64,000 nt of DNA from Cenococcum geophilum (GCA_050273025.1 CP158635.1:3534001-3598000), one strand, 5' to 3'. Positions 13,300 to 27,094 are shown, counted from the stretch's first letter. Notes: generated from the letters alone by a model not told the origin. Translations and numbers: made by a program.

Positions 13300-16200
13300 A
13301 TATTACCATGCTCTTACTATACTCCTCCTATCTTAACTGGCTTATAATATAGTATAAGCTATAAATACTACTTTAAATATACGGTTTTATATAGATATTA
13401 TTTTCGGCTCCCTTCTAACTAAACTATAGTAAATTATAGCTTAATGCGGCAATTTATAAATAAGCTCTATCTAGCGGTAATATAAAAAGTATAGGACTAA
13501 AGTAAAAAGTATAGGCGGTCTAACCTATTATAAATAATATTATCTAAGATAATAGAAATAGAAGAAGGGTAGATATAAGGGCGTTAATATTAAAGAGATA
13601 AATAATAATGCACTCTTATGCTATTAAAGCTTAGAGGAGTATTAGATAGCCTATTATAGGGCTAAGCTAAAGTAATATAATAAGTAGCTACTTATATAAT
13701 ATATAGACGACGATGCACTATTATGCTATTAAACCTTAAAAGGGTATTATATAACTAATTATAAGGCTGAATTAGAGTAAGGTAATAAGTGGCCACCTGT
13801 ATAAGCTTTAGGCGATAATATTATTAATAAGCTAAATAATGGGGCTGCGGATATGCACTATAATAATAATTCCGTAATATTTAATAGGGTATATAACCTG
13901 GCGATAGTTAAAACTAATTGGTAAACTTTAACTGGAATATCTATAGACGTCTTTTGGATTAAAATATTTAAAGAGGCCACTAGCCGTGCTGTGGGAAAGC
14001 CTTTGGGACGGAATTAAGGAAATTTATAAACTATAGATAATACTGCAGTAGTATATGATATTATGCCGCGTATTAAGCGTATTAGTAGTGTACTAGATAA
14101 GATACCTTCCCTATTTTATCCGTTTGGTAGTAAGGCAGAATACGTATAGGTCTTATAGTGGGTAAGCTATAGGACTTTTAACCGCGCTATTAACGAGTAG
14201 TTTAACGATATTAGGCTTTAGGGAGTATTTACTAACTATTTTTCTTACTAGAGTGCTAATAATATTAAAGTAAAACTACTTTTAAAATAGATGTAATCTA
14301 AGAGTAATTAACCATAGTAGATTAAAATAATTATAACCATAGGGGACTAGTAGCTACTAGTACGTTACTGAAATGCTCTAGAAATTATGTCCTTCCTTAT
14401 TAGTTATGGCCCTTTTTAAGGAGATATAACTTTCTTACTAGTAAGGTAGTACTTATTAGTAGGAATAAGAATATATAATAAGCTTAATATAGTAGACTAG
14501 TGGTAGGAGATGTAAGAGTAGCTACCGCTCGGCGTAACTGTAGTGCTAATTATATTAGCTAGTAATAAAACCTAATTAATATAATATACCGGCGGCAAGA
14601 AAGCATGGCCACTTTATATTTTAATTAGAAATATTAAACTGCGCGTTTAATAATCCGTAAATTAACTAGCCCTATTACTGCTTATATACCTCCCGGTTTA
14701 TATACCTAGTAACTAAATAATATAACTAGCGGTGCAATATAAGACCCTCGCGGCTATCCTTAAACGTATATTTTAGCGATAACCCTACTACTAGTATAGT
14801 TATGCTAATAATGCCTATAGCGTTAGAGAAAGCTAGTAAAGAAGGAGTATATCTCCTATGCGCGGATAGCTAGGATTAATACTGCTTTTTACTTTTAGCT
14901 ATATTTATGGCTAATTATAAAGAATAGGTTACGCTTATAGATATTAAAAGTGGCTATAAATATTTAACTTATTATATATATACGAATGAACGGCATGATT
15001 TAATAACTGCTATTTAGCAACTATAGCCGTTCTATATATACTAATTAATAAAAGACCAAATATAAATATAGTAGGAAGGTTACGATACTAATAAGAAGGA
15101 TAACTTAGATTATATTTGGCCGTTCTATAACTTTATATAGGGCTATAATCTATCTAATATCTATAAGATAATAGCGCCTAATTTTCTATACTAGGTGCTT
15201 AAAGGCCTTACTAGTAAATATCTTATATACTAGATTAAGGGGCTTATATAAAGTGAAATATAGGCCGGAAAATATTAGGGCCTTGATATCCCGCGTACAG
15301 ATAGTTACGGCTAAAAGATATTAAATATTAATATACTTATTACTACCCGCTTCGCATAGGTGGAACAATTTACCGATATAATAGTATAGGATAGCTAGGT
15401 AAATGTTGGCTAATAGATAAAAAAGATGTATAAATCTCTATTACGATAATTAGTCCCTACTATAGCACCCTTACTAAAATAGAATAAAGGTGCTATGCTA
15501 TTTATCCGGGCGTTTATAAACTTTACTATACTATCTTAATATATATTATACAATGAATTAACTATTTAGTACCTAGTAGTAGCTATTTATAGAATGGATA
15601 AAATAAAGGATATATTTCTTCCGTTTTAACTAAGTAAGGTAGGACTACCATACTTTAATATTCCTAAGCTATATACTATTACTTACTATTTAGAGAGTAT
15701 CTAGCGACTAGGAGTAATTAGAGGTATAGATATAAAGTATTTAGAGCAAGTATATAAGCTATAGAAGGTATTCTACTATAGGACCAACAAACGGAATAAC
15801 TATAAAGAGTAGATGCTATAATATAACACTATATATCTTAATACTATGCTTTAAAACAAACTTAAGCTATAGGCGTCAACTAATATAATTGATATAGTAG
15901 ACCTAATAAGCGTAATACAGATAATATAACTAGGCCCTATAGTTAATGTATATGTACATCGCTTATATATATAGAACTTTAATAACTATATAACTTAGAT
16001 ACTTTAAGGCTAGAGAATTAATATATCTATTTAGCGTATAGTTAAGGAGGTATAGTGCCGGATAGAGATTACTGACCTTATATCTAAACTAGCCCCCTTT
16101 ATAAGGGAATACCGTAAGTAGATTAATGAAATCTGGTAAATAAACTAGGACGTTAACTAACTAGAGGCCGATAATAATTGGGTATTAAAGATGCCCTTAA

Positions 16201-16780
16201 GTATCTATTATAGCGTTATATGCTATATTTACTTTAGGAAGAATGCTACTAATACTAATAAGCTTAATAAGGTATTAATTTAATATACCCCGTTATAGGC
16301 TAATATTAGAGCCCCCCGCTATAATGCTGTAATAGTATAAGAATATAAGCGGGTAAATAATAGCCTCTATAGCAATAAAGTAGGGAGGTTTTGTTTACTA
16401 CTTACAATCTAAGATACTAGGCGATTAGATAGTAAGGGCAAATACCTAAAATACGCTAGTGTATTAGTAGAGACCCTTTAAGTTTATAATAGTAGTAAGA
16501 TTAACGCAAGAACTAAAATACTTAGAGTATAAAGTATAAAGCTATCTAACAGTAGGATGAAACGTACGCTAGATGCCCTCTAAATATATAATATTAACCA
16601 TATCACGAGGCCTATCTTACTTATACTAACGGATATTAACGTTATAGACTATTTCTTTATAAATAACTATAGCAATTAGGATATATATAATACTATATAT
16701 AATAAAGATTTTAAGCGAATAAATAGGGTATAGGTTAATATATATATAAGGAAATAGGCTTATACTAGGCGGTAAAGAAA
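13300..16780 (+). pseudogene. Plavaka transposase (PF18759-like), RIP-degraded
   Basis: Reconstructed FYPFGS(E)AEY ~14113; RIYN(E)LN(T)(A)D(W)W(W)EM(Q)E(Q)LPLG(A)TVV(P)IILAS(D)(E)T(Q)L....GGKKAWPLYI(S)I(G)NI 14468-14635; IAP(D)FL(H)(Q)VL.G ~15171-15206. These match the characteristic Plavaka core motifs. Confidence 0.88.
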
Positions 16781-16999
16781 TATAACTTAGCTAAAATAGT
16801 GGTAAGTTATAACTAGCGGCGCTAGATTGTAATAAAGGGGTAGATTGCCGCGACTATAATAAACTAGAATATAATACTACTATATATCGCCCTCTACGCG
16901 CTAGCTACCCTTTATATCCTATATACCGTACTATCTACCTTAAAAGTAGGCAAATATCGCGAGGAACTAGGCTTTTATATGGTATAGAAAAAATATTAT

Positions 17000-19162
17000 A
17001 TAAAGTAGGACCCTATGCTATAGTAAGGCAATCTAATCGCCCTGTTATAAAGCCTAATAAACAGTTAGGCCGCCCTCCTAACTTATTATTATAAGTTTAT
17101 TAAAGCTCCTTTTTATATACTTAGTAAAAAATGCCTAATTTATATTATAAAAGTTAACCGAGTTATTATTTAAAGTATATTAGGTATAAGACTTTAGACT
17201 ATTTAGTATCTTTTAGGGAAGTAAAGTGTATATAAAAGCTAAATAGTTCTACTAAACTAATATACTTATTCTTTACCTATTTTGTAAAAAAGTAAATAAA
17301 GATGTTATAAGTTAAGTAGTAGCTCCTAAGATAATCTAAATCTTAAAGGGGATAATATCGGGCTCTATACCATAACTGTCTCTATTAAAAGGCAAGGCTA
17401 TTATTAATGTGCTATAGTACAACCTATTATTATTAATTTTAATAACGTTATCCTAACGGATAGTTTTATTCTTATTAGATAAAAGCCTATAAACCCTAAG
17501 CGACCGTAAGATATCTAAAACCTACACTTAAAAGAAATATATATATTACTTAAATAAACAACCGCTATAGGATAACTTTAGATAATATATAAAGCAGCTA
17601 CTTAGCCTAGTTAATATAATAATATACAGTATTACTTAGATATGTCTTATTATATAAGTAATAATAGGCTCTATACCTAAAGAGCTCTATCTCTTTTTTT
17701 AGCTAGAAATAAATATAAGCGGTTTAAACACACTAATAAAGCAGACGTAAAAAGAGGCGATTACTATTATAGACCGTTATAAAAACCCAATAAATAGAGT
17801 ATTAAGTATATTACTGGGGCCAGCGGCACGCAAGGTTCGCGGTCCTTAGATTTAGTAGCACTATACTAACCAATTTTCCAGCTATACGGCTAGCTTAGCG
17901 TATTTTGGTATTATATAATAAATATAGTACGCGATACTATTACCGGGAGCTATAACTGCCTTAAGCTAAATATTAAGGCCGTAGTAGAGGAAGTAGCGGA
18001 ACTACTTAAGGATAACTACTTTACGCTCGGTGGCCCGGTTAGTACTCTACCTTTTACTATACCTAACTAACTAAGGCTAGGATAGAGAGATAAGATTTAG
18101 GGCGCTAATTATCGCACGTTATATTAAGCGTGTATTCTTTAATACTAGGCTAAGGTCACTCGCCCTTAATAAGAATAATACTAACCTCTTCTTACCTATT
18201 ACAGCTAATACGATATAGCTTATATACGTAGTAATTTAATATACTCTTAAGGACTATAGAAGCGGAATATAAGTTTAAAGCTAACGCTATAATTATAGGT
18301 AAATCTATAGGAAGCCTCTTATTATACTTACTAAAGCGTATTATAAATAGTTGGGAGCGACTATAGAATACTTAGAAGAGCTACTAACCTAAACGTAATA
18401 AAAGGCTATATAGGCTACTTCTATAATAAGTTAATAAGATATAGAATATAATTAGAGATAAGATACTATAGACTTAGCAGGCAATTAGTAATCTATTTAA
18501 AAATACTATAGAAGATCTAGAGGAACTAGATCCTAAGTATAATAACAGGTTTACTTAATAACCGTATACTGTAAGTGTAAATATATAATATTATATTAAT
18601 CGCATTATAACATTATATTATAATACTCGCTGTATACTATAGTACTTTACCGCCGTTTCCTATATTATAATATTACGCTATTTTAATTGTTATATATAGG
18701 CTAATAAAGATAATATAATAGGATAATAGTAGCTTAGCGCATTTATTATAAAGAATAAACCCTAAAATTATATATAAGGTCTCCTTCTCGCAGTATACTA
18801 ATAAGACGATTTTAATGCTATATAACTATAACATTAACGCTATTTAAGCGCGCCTTAAATAAATTTAAGGTAATAATAAATAGGAAATAGGAATTAATTA
18901 CCGTATCTTATAGTGTACTTTCGCCGGCAAGTCTAAGGTTATAGATATTATAGATAGTGCTATACTAGAGGATATAAAGGCCCGCCTATAAAGTGGAGAT
19001 AGATTAGTAATACTGGAATTTGCTAATAAAGAGGATAAGAGTAAAGAAGGCAGCGGAATAGATAGGGAAAATAACGGCAATAAAGAGGATAAGAGTAGAG
19101 AAGGCAGTAGGATAGACGGGGAAAATAATAGTAAGAATAACGGTAAGAATAAAGACGATTAG
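17000..19162 (+). pseudogene. Second Plavaka-associated ORF (DUF6532-like segment, acidic C-terminus), RIP-degraded, probably with introns
   Basis: EEVAELLKDNYF ~17987-18022, then a likely intron, then IKRVFF...LF(S)PITANTI.LI.(A)(A)I(Q)(H)TLKDYRSG 18123-18266, resembling DUF6532 proteins from memory. Repeated KEDKS.EGS low-complexity tail at 19030-19160. Confidence 0.45.
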
Positions 19163-19319
19163 GGGTTTAATAGTACGGTACTACTATTACGGCGGGACTT
19201 ATATAAATATTAAACTTAAAATAGTAGGTTAACTAAAGGGCGTTATTAGGCGTATTAAGGTTATATTATATTACTATTAGGTTAAAATATATTCTTTATA
19301 TAGTATATACTAGGTATAT

Positions 19320-19910
19320 AGAATAAGTAGAGAATACTAACTACGTAAAATAAGTAAAGGGTACTAACTGCGTAGAATAAGTAAAGGGTACTAACTGTAT
19401 AAACTAAGTAAAGTATACTAATTATATAGAACGGGTAAATACTATTAACCGCGTAGACTAAGTAAATACTATTAAGTGCGTGGGAAGAGCAACGCTTATT
19501 TATTACTTAAAGTAAGTAAGATATATAGAATATATAAGGGGGGTATTATATATTAATTACGCATTAAGTATAGAGAGAGCTTAATAGAATAAAGGCACTA
19601 CTTACTTAGGTGGCTGTAAATGCGCAATTAGCTATATCGCGTTATTAGATATGGCAGTATACTATACCGCGTTATTAGATACGGCAGTATGCTTATACCG
19701 CGTTACTAGATATGGCAGTATACTATACCACGTTATTAGATGCGGCAGAATGCTGCACTATATTATTAGATGCGGCAGAATACTACACCGCGTTATTAGA
19801 TACGGCAGAATACTACACCACGTTATTAGATGCGGTAGTATACTTGCACCGCGTTACTGGATACGGCAGTATACTGCACTGCGTTATTAGATGCGGCAGT
19901 ATGCCGCACC
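19320..19910 (+). repeat. Subterminal tandem arrays of the giant element: ~27-bp unit x~6 (19320-19480) and 30-bp unit x~9 (19637-19910)
   Basis: Units approximately AGAATAAGTAAAGGGTACTAACTGCGT and CGCGTTATTAGATGCGGCAGTATGCTGCAC. Confidence 0.9.
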
Positions 19911-20269
19911 TGAGTCGATACCATACGCTACACGTTGCAGTGCGCGGATTGCGCATTTGGCCGCTAAATGCCGCCAAATGCTGCGAAAATGCTGGTAAAT
20001 TTTTTCCTGACGTACGTGGGTTGCGTAGGCTCTGCGTAGGCTATACGTAGGCTGCGCGTTAAAAACACCAAATGCGTTAACGACGTCAGCGGCGTCGACT
20101 GTAGCTATTTGGCGCCTAATTGACCTATTTGGTAGTATTTGATTTCACTTAACGAGTAGTTTAAATCTTAGCCTGCGGATATTTTCCTAATAAAGGTATG
20201 GCCGTTAACCAAGATAGTTATAATATAATTAGAGCAAAATATATTAATCTACTGTGCTAGTAGTATACC

Positions 20270-23200
20270 TCTTACTATAAGCCTCTGTAGTAGCCTCTCT
20301 TTATATACTTTATTATATATATCTTTTATATTAAAGCTAATAAAGCTAAGCACCTTTTTAGACCTCTATATATTATAAATATATTTTTGCAGTAGTAGTG
20401 GCACCTATTTAGTAGAGCGCTTCTTCCTTACCATAAAGTAATTTATAGGCAGTAGTCTAAAGGTCTTTACTGTATATAATATTCTCTTAGTAACTACAAA
20501 CTCTAGCACCTTGCCTAATATAGAAAGTAGAGAGATAGGCCTCTATATTCTTACCTTTATATAGTCTCCTTTATTTAGCTTTTTAAGTAGTATAATCTTA
20601 GCACCTCTTTATTAGTTAGGAAGGTTGCCCTTATTTAATAAGGTCTAAAAGAGGAGTAGGACCCTATCTTTTATTACCAGCTACATCTACCTCTATACTA
20701 TTACTAGTAGGCTATTATCCCCTAGTGCTTTCTATAGCTTTACTGTAAATATCTTCTATTCTACCTCTTCTATTATAAGATGCGGTATTAGTGTTAATAT
20801 TTATTAAGGCCATAGGCCCTTGTCCTTTATTCCTGCTAGTAATAGGGAAAAGAATATAGTTAACAGCTCTACTACTTACTTATCTTTTCCTTCTATAGTA
20901 AATCTATTTATCCTTACTAATAGTGGTATTTTATTAAATACTAAGTTGCTGCTTAGGTTAAGGTATTTTACTACTTACTAAATATTTGCATTATTAGCTA
21001 GGAAGTTATTCCAGCATATTCTTTTCTATTTCTATATTATATTGTGGTGTTTCTTTAAGGCCTCCTTTACTTATTACTCTAGTTCTAGTAATATCTGGCC
21101 TACTTAGCGTTAGTTCTTTACCCAGTTCCTTTAGTAAATATATACTTAGCAGAGCTTTATAAGGTTTGTTATCTACTACCTTTTTATATATAGTAAAGGT
21201 CTAGCCTTTAGAGCTAATATATAGACTGCCTCTAGCACTATATCTATAAGCTAGTCTGTTTACTACTACACTTTACCACTTACTAGAATAATATAAAGGG
21301 TAGTAGTAATCTTATTCCTAATTCTATTCTATAGTATATTCTTAAAGAGCATTCTCTATTCTATAGCATATTTAGGGACCATAATATTAAATATTATCTT
21401 AATTGCCCCAAAATTATATCCATATGCTATATACTTTATCATTATAGATACTAACTTGTCTAATACTAGGATTAGATTAATTATTATCTTATAGTTGCTA
21501 TTTTGCTATATTTTTGTACCCCTAAGCAGTAGGCTATAGGGGAAGGAATCTCCTATAAAGTTAATAATTAGGTTAGCTTCTCTCTATCTTACCGGCAAGA
21601 TGTTATTTTCTCCCTATAACTAGTTATACTGGTTAAAGTCTTCTATAAGTATTATATTAGTTTATATACCTATTTTATTCCATATTTTCTAGATTAGTTA
21701 ATATAGTTTACTAGTTATATCCTATAGTGGCTTTATATTCTTTTCCTTAATATATACTAATACTACTAGTACTAATTAGTTAGGAAGACGCAGCACTACC
21801 ATAGTAAGGTCTACTAATTATACTAGCACCTATTTAGCCTTAATATCTTTTTTATTCTATAGTATGCTCTATATCGCCCACCTCTCTTTATACTAGACCA
21901 TAGGTATTACCTTAGTCCAATTTAAGTGTCCTATGGGGACTATTACAACTATATTATCTATTTTCTATATATCTGGCTCTAATATTGCTAGCACTCTAAA
22001 GTCTTTTAGTTGTTTATTATTTATTAAGCTTTGTTGTACTATACTTTATTTTTAAATATTTAGTTAAAGTATCTAAAGTGTTTTATATATAATAGGTAGA
22101 ATAAAGTACTTAATACTTTTTACTAAATAATTTATATAGTCCTTTATATAGTATATATTTTAGGATCTATCCTTAGCAGTTATTATAATAATATCCTTCT
22201 TAAGTATATTTAGTATATTCTTATAGTCTTATATATATAAATACTTTATATCCTAATGTTTAATACTAGTAGCATTACATTAGGCCCCTTTTAGGTTTAT
22301 AGGTTCTAATATAGGTTAATTCCCCTATAATATAAAAGTATTAGTCCTGTAGTAATTATGCTACCTTACTACTTTTAGTAATATATACTACTATTAATCT
22401 ATATATTTTTCCTATGTCTTTTTTACTAAGCCATCCTATTTAGGCTATATATATATATATATAATTCTCTTTTCCTAGTATCTTTACTACTTTATCTTAA
22501 ATATTTCCTTCTTAGTTAAGAACTGCTATTTAGTTAGTATTATTAATTTTTACTAGGTAGAGCTAGTTTTATAGTACCTAAATATTAAATACTAAGGTTT
22601 TTTAAGCCGCTTCTTTTATATATTAAAGCTTAGCTTTATTTCTATAAGTTATTTTAATATATATATAGTTTCTAGGATCTTTAATTACTGCTATACAGCG
22701 CTAGCTCTTGTGGCCTTCTATTATATATATACTATTTTTAACTGCTTACCTAATTACCCCCAGTTATACTTAATTTTTATTTTTCTCTTTAACTCTAGAT
22801 ATATTAACTATATAGTATAATATATTAGTAATAGTTAATAGTATAATATTCCTTAAAGGGAAGGACATTAGGTTACTTAGTTAACTGCTTAGCAGTATAT
22901 AGGCAATATCTATATATAATAGAGCTGCGCTTAGTAATGCTTAAATATTAAATAAATAGGTCTAGATTACCTCTATCTTTTCTATAACCTTTACTCTAAG
23001 CGCGTTAATCTACTCTATAAATATTTTAGTAATAACTTTTATTTAGTTTATTTATGCCTTTTTCTACTTCTCTAATTCCCCTAATAGTAATATAACTAGG
23101 TTAGTTAGCACTTTAATTTATATATTTATTATTATATTTATCTTCTTAGTTATTAATTAGTTTTCTATAGTGGCTATTATTACTAGCTACTCTGCTCTCT

Positions 23201-23557
23201 TTTTAGCTATTATATAGTTTCTTATTAACACTATTTAATCCTTAGGGCATAGTTTTTTCCCTATACGCTTTAATCGTGGTATACTAGGGGTTACTGCTAC
23301 CACATGAACCGTATCTTCTGTATTGCTCTCATAACTATCGTTTTCAAGGGCCTTGGTTGTCTTGGCGCGTCCCCAACGCGATTAACGCGTCGAGCCTCCT
23401 TCCGCCTCTGCCGTCTCCATTCTTTTCTCAACTTGGGTACTGCGTGTTAGGGGGTATTATTTAAAGATAAGGTTGAAAATCCCGAGCCCCTGAAAGTGTA
23501 ATGGCTGGTTGCCTCACAGGTCGGAACGTTTCGATAAGAAGCTGAGAGCTACTCTAC
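20270..23557 (-). mobile_element. LINE (Tad1-like) non-LTR retrotransposon, 3'-truncated, RIP-degraded
   Basis: RT motif AKII(P)LKK(P)NKGDY....RPISLLS.LGKVLE ~20500-20600; endonuclease (G)DFN ~21632-21645 and VLAI.EP ~21975-22000; ORF1 zinc-knuckle region ~22250-22400; less-mutated 5' UTR at 23300-23557. Confidence 0.85.
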
Positions 23558-23559
23558 TA

Positions 23560-24300
23560 CAGTCGTTTAAGAAATATCGGTACACCCATTTCAAAAAGAT
23601 CGGTAAAAATCGCCAAGCCGCACGACGCGCATCGCCCCCTCCATCAAAACAATACACCCCCTTATAGCCCCACCAATATAGCTCTATATTTATATAATTT
23701 AGGGCTGTTTTGGTAGAGTTATAGGGGGTGCTTATTTCTAGGAATGGAGGGGTCGCGCAGAGCCTCAATTTAAGTTTTACAGCCACCCCCTATAACCCCA
23801 CTAATACAGCTCTATATTTAATAAATAAAGACCCATTTTATAGCCCTCTATTTATAAAATATAGAGCTATATTGGTGGGGCTATAGGGGGTGTACTGCTG
23901 TTTTGGAGATACTAGTAAAAATTGCCAAGCCGCAGTAGCGTATTACCCTCTTATTAAAACAATCCACCCCATATAATTCCACCAATATTGATCCGATTTG
24001 TATATATATAGGTCCATTTTATAGGCCTATTCTAGGGCTATAAAATGGGTCTTTATTTATTAAATATAGAGCTATATTAGTAGGGTTATAGGGGGTGGCT
24101 GTAAAACTTGAATTAAGGCTCTACGCGACCCCTCCATTCCTAGAAATAAGCACCCCCTATAACTCTACCAAAACAGCCCTAAATTATATAAATATAGAGC
24201 TATATTGGTGGGGCTATAAGGGGGTATATTGTTTTGATGGAGGGGGCGATGCGCGTCGTGCGGCTTGGCGATTTTTACCGATCTTTTTGAAATGGGTGTA
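23560..24300. mobile_element. Foldback/MITE with ~267-bp inverted arms (23581-23847 / 24034-24300), Tc1/mariner-like end
   Basis: The arms are near-perfect reverse complements (the ORF track shows mirror ORFs at 23514 - and 24095 +). Begins TA-CAGTCGTTT. Interior contains further copies of the arm motifs. Confidence 0.85.
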
Positions 24301-27094
24301 CTATCGTTTACAAAAGATCGGGAACTCGCTTAAGGACAAAAGAGCCGCATCGCCCCCCACTAAAATTTGTATAAGGGGTAATTCTTTTAATTTTAACTAC
24401 TAATAATACGTTAACCACCTATTATAAGCGCCTAAATAGTGAAGCTGGCGCGTTACCTAGTTAAGTCAATTATATAGAAATCTTAGTGTTGCATCTTATA
24501 TCGCCCTAATAGTAGCAGCTACCTACTTAATTATTAGGCTGTACTTTAAAGCCTTCTAAATAAAAGTGGGCTTAATCTATACCTACTTTTGCTATCTTAC
24601 AGCCGCCTAAAAAGAAGGTAAAGAGGAAGGTAAAGAAGAGGTAGAAGATAATACTAGTACTATCGCTATCACCATTACCATCGCCGTCGCCGTCGCTGTC
24701 GCTATTACTATCGCCGCCACTAGCAACGCCCGTAGAGCCTATGTCTATAGATAAGGTTAATAAGGACGAGGATAAGAATACTAAGGAGCTTATAAAGGTA
24801 GAAGATAAGGATATAAGCTTGTCGCCGCCGCCGTTATTACCGCCGCCGCCGCCTATACGCTTTATAAGTGTTTAAAAGGCAATTACAGGTAATAGAAAGG
24901 AGTCTCTTCTTAGTATAAAGTTAGTAGTATTTAATACTAAAAATATATACTACTTTAAGCTGGAGTAATAGTAGAATAAGACTGTATTAAATCTACTACT
25001 ATAAAAGTTTAAGATTACTTACCTTTAAGCTATTACCTCCTATAAGAAGGCGCGGTAAGCTAACTACTGCCCTTAAGATATTTAGTTGCCTATAAATCTA
25101 TATTAAGCTCTTATAATAAATAAGGAGTAGTATAAGCACTAGCCGTTAAAGTCTCTCTTCTTAAACTTTACCTTATATTTAGTTAAGGAGAAGGAGCTAG
25201 AGTCTTAGGCTCCTTCTACTATAACTCTAAGTTAGTAAGTTATTAAAAGGCCTATAGGTAGAAGAATAGCTATATAAGTTTAAATTACTAACTTACCTAA
25301 TATAATTACTGCTAAGGAGGCTTCTAGTAATATAATGCCAGTAATTATAGATTAGTGGCCTTATATAAATATCTATTACTATAATAAAGGTAAGACGTAG
25401 TAGTAGAATAAGCTATTACCTAACTCGCCCAGTATTATAATTAACCATTATCCTGTAAATATAGTAGACTTTTAGTAGTAGAATAAAGAGCTTCTCTCTA
25501 GCGCCTCTACCGTTAAGCAGCCATCGTAAAATATTATAATGGTCTTAGCTAGTAGTAAAGAGAGGAGTAAGAAGATCTAAAAGGAGCTAGTAGTAAAGAA
25601 GGAAGATTCTATACTAAAATATATTAAGCAGCTAGTAGCAATATTAGTTGTAGATTAGGTCAATTCTATAGCCTAAAATCCTTACCTCTGTTAATATTTT
25701 ACGTTATCTTTAAATATTAAAGCACCCTAAAACGTAAGCCCTATTTAGTTAGAAATATATCTAGTTAAGCTACTTAGCTAGTTCTTTAACTAGCTAGCTA
25801 ATAAGTTAAAGTTTAGTAGTAAGAGGCAGAGGGCTACTTTAAAGCCTATTAAGGATAAGCTAGTAGAGGAAGAATGGAATATTAACTTACTAAAGTTAGA
25901 AAAGCTAGGTAAAGGTATAATATTAAATTAATAGGAGAGATATAGCTTTAAGATTAGTACGCTAGTTAAAATTAGGCCTTTAATCTTAAAGTTTAAGCAA
26001 TTAAGATAGTATTTATCTATTACTCTATAATATATCCTGCCTCTTAGAAGTAAGCTCCTATATATATACTATATACTTAACTAACAGCAAAATATAAGAA
26101 GTTCTTAAAGCTCTTAAAGTCCTTAATTAGCTACTAGTTTCTTCTAATCTAAGCCTTAATAGGATTATAATCTAGTAAGTATAGTGGTAGGAATTTTAGT
26201 AAGATATTATGTTACTTATAAAGCTCTTAAAGCCGTATTAATTTATAAATTGCTATATTATTAAGAATAAGGACTAATTATAGCCCTAGATATAGCGTAT
26301 AATAAGGTAGTACCTACTCCTCTATAAAGGCTTTAAATATTACAGATATAATAGAGCCTTAAAAGATAAGGTAGCTAAGGTATCCGTTAACTACTAATAC
26401 TAGTAGAATACTCTACCTCTCTAACCTCTTAAGTACGCGTACTATACTATATATAGTCCCTTTTAGTAACTAGCCGTACTTCCTATTACTAGCCCTTTTA
26501 TTTACTACTAACTTATTAAGAAATATAAGCTATTCTACTACCTAGCTCTTCTATATACTAATCTAAGCATTATAAAGAAGAGCGCTCCTTTAAGCCGCCT
26601 AAGCCGTAACCACCTTTTATAACTAAGAAGCTCTCTTAAGAGTACGGCAGACAGTTATAATAGAGACTTAGATATTAAATTCGTTAAATAGGAAAGTCTA
26701 TATCTTATCTAGATACGCTATTAGCTAATCTTTAAAGAAGTCAAGAAGGCGCTATATAAGTAGTTAGTAAAAAGCTTAATACTACGGCTGTATACATTAC
26801 AATTTCTTAGTAAGGTAGTAGGGCTTTCGGTCGACCTTAAACTATAATAAAAGGCGTATACAGTTTACCCTAAATATTAAGGTTTAATTATATCTTATAA
26901 ATCGTCTTCTTGCCCACTTTTACAGCCTCCGCAATAGAAGTCTCCGCTAGGCCGTGTACGCTGCCAAGGCATATGTGGTCCAACCCCACCAAATCGGGTT
27001 TAAAATTAAGGTTATTTACAACCATACAAATGGTTAAATTGATTAAAATTTTGGTGTATAGGGCTTTAAAGATTGCTAAATCAGCTTATATCTA

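Larger units (their letters stand above)
1018..20012 (+). mobile_element. Giant Plavaka (CACTA/CMC-related) DNA transposon, RIP-inactivated; right end at 20012, left end upstream of the window
   Basis: Contains a Plavaka transposase relic and subterminal tandem arrays (19320-19910). Its terminal ATGCTGGTAAATTTTTTCCTGACG (19989-20012) is identical to the TIR of the TSD-flanked element at 28895-30661. RIP damage is uniformly heavy across all internal genes. Confidence 0.72.

Noticed and set aside
19637..19910. Regular 30-bp repeats resembling a CRISPR array, and the overlapping ORFs
   Set aside because: Head-to-tail tandem units without unique spacers, eukaryotic context and no cas genes; these are transposon subterminal repeats.
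1018..20012. Starship or Helitron identity for the giant element
   Set aside because: No tyrosine-recombinase captain or Rep/Pif1 motifs recognised in the window. The helicases are Upf1-like and SNF2-like, and the end is a TIR with a 2-bp TSD beside a Plavaka transposase. The unseen left part cannot be assessed.
20013..20265. GC-balanced stretch with GCGTAGGCT repeats after the giant element's TIR
   Set aside because: Probably the end of another element into which the giant element inserted, but no partner end or TSD could be found in the window.
23514..24403. Two near-identical ORFs (MAVKL.LRL.ATPPF...) on opposite strands
   Set aside because: Mirror translations of the inverted arms of a foldback element.
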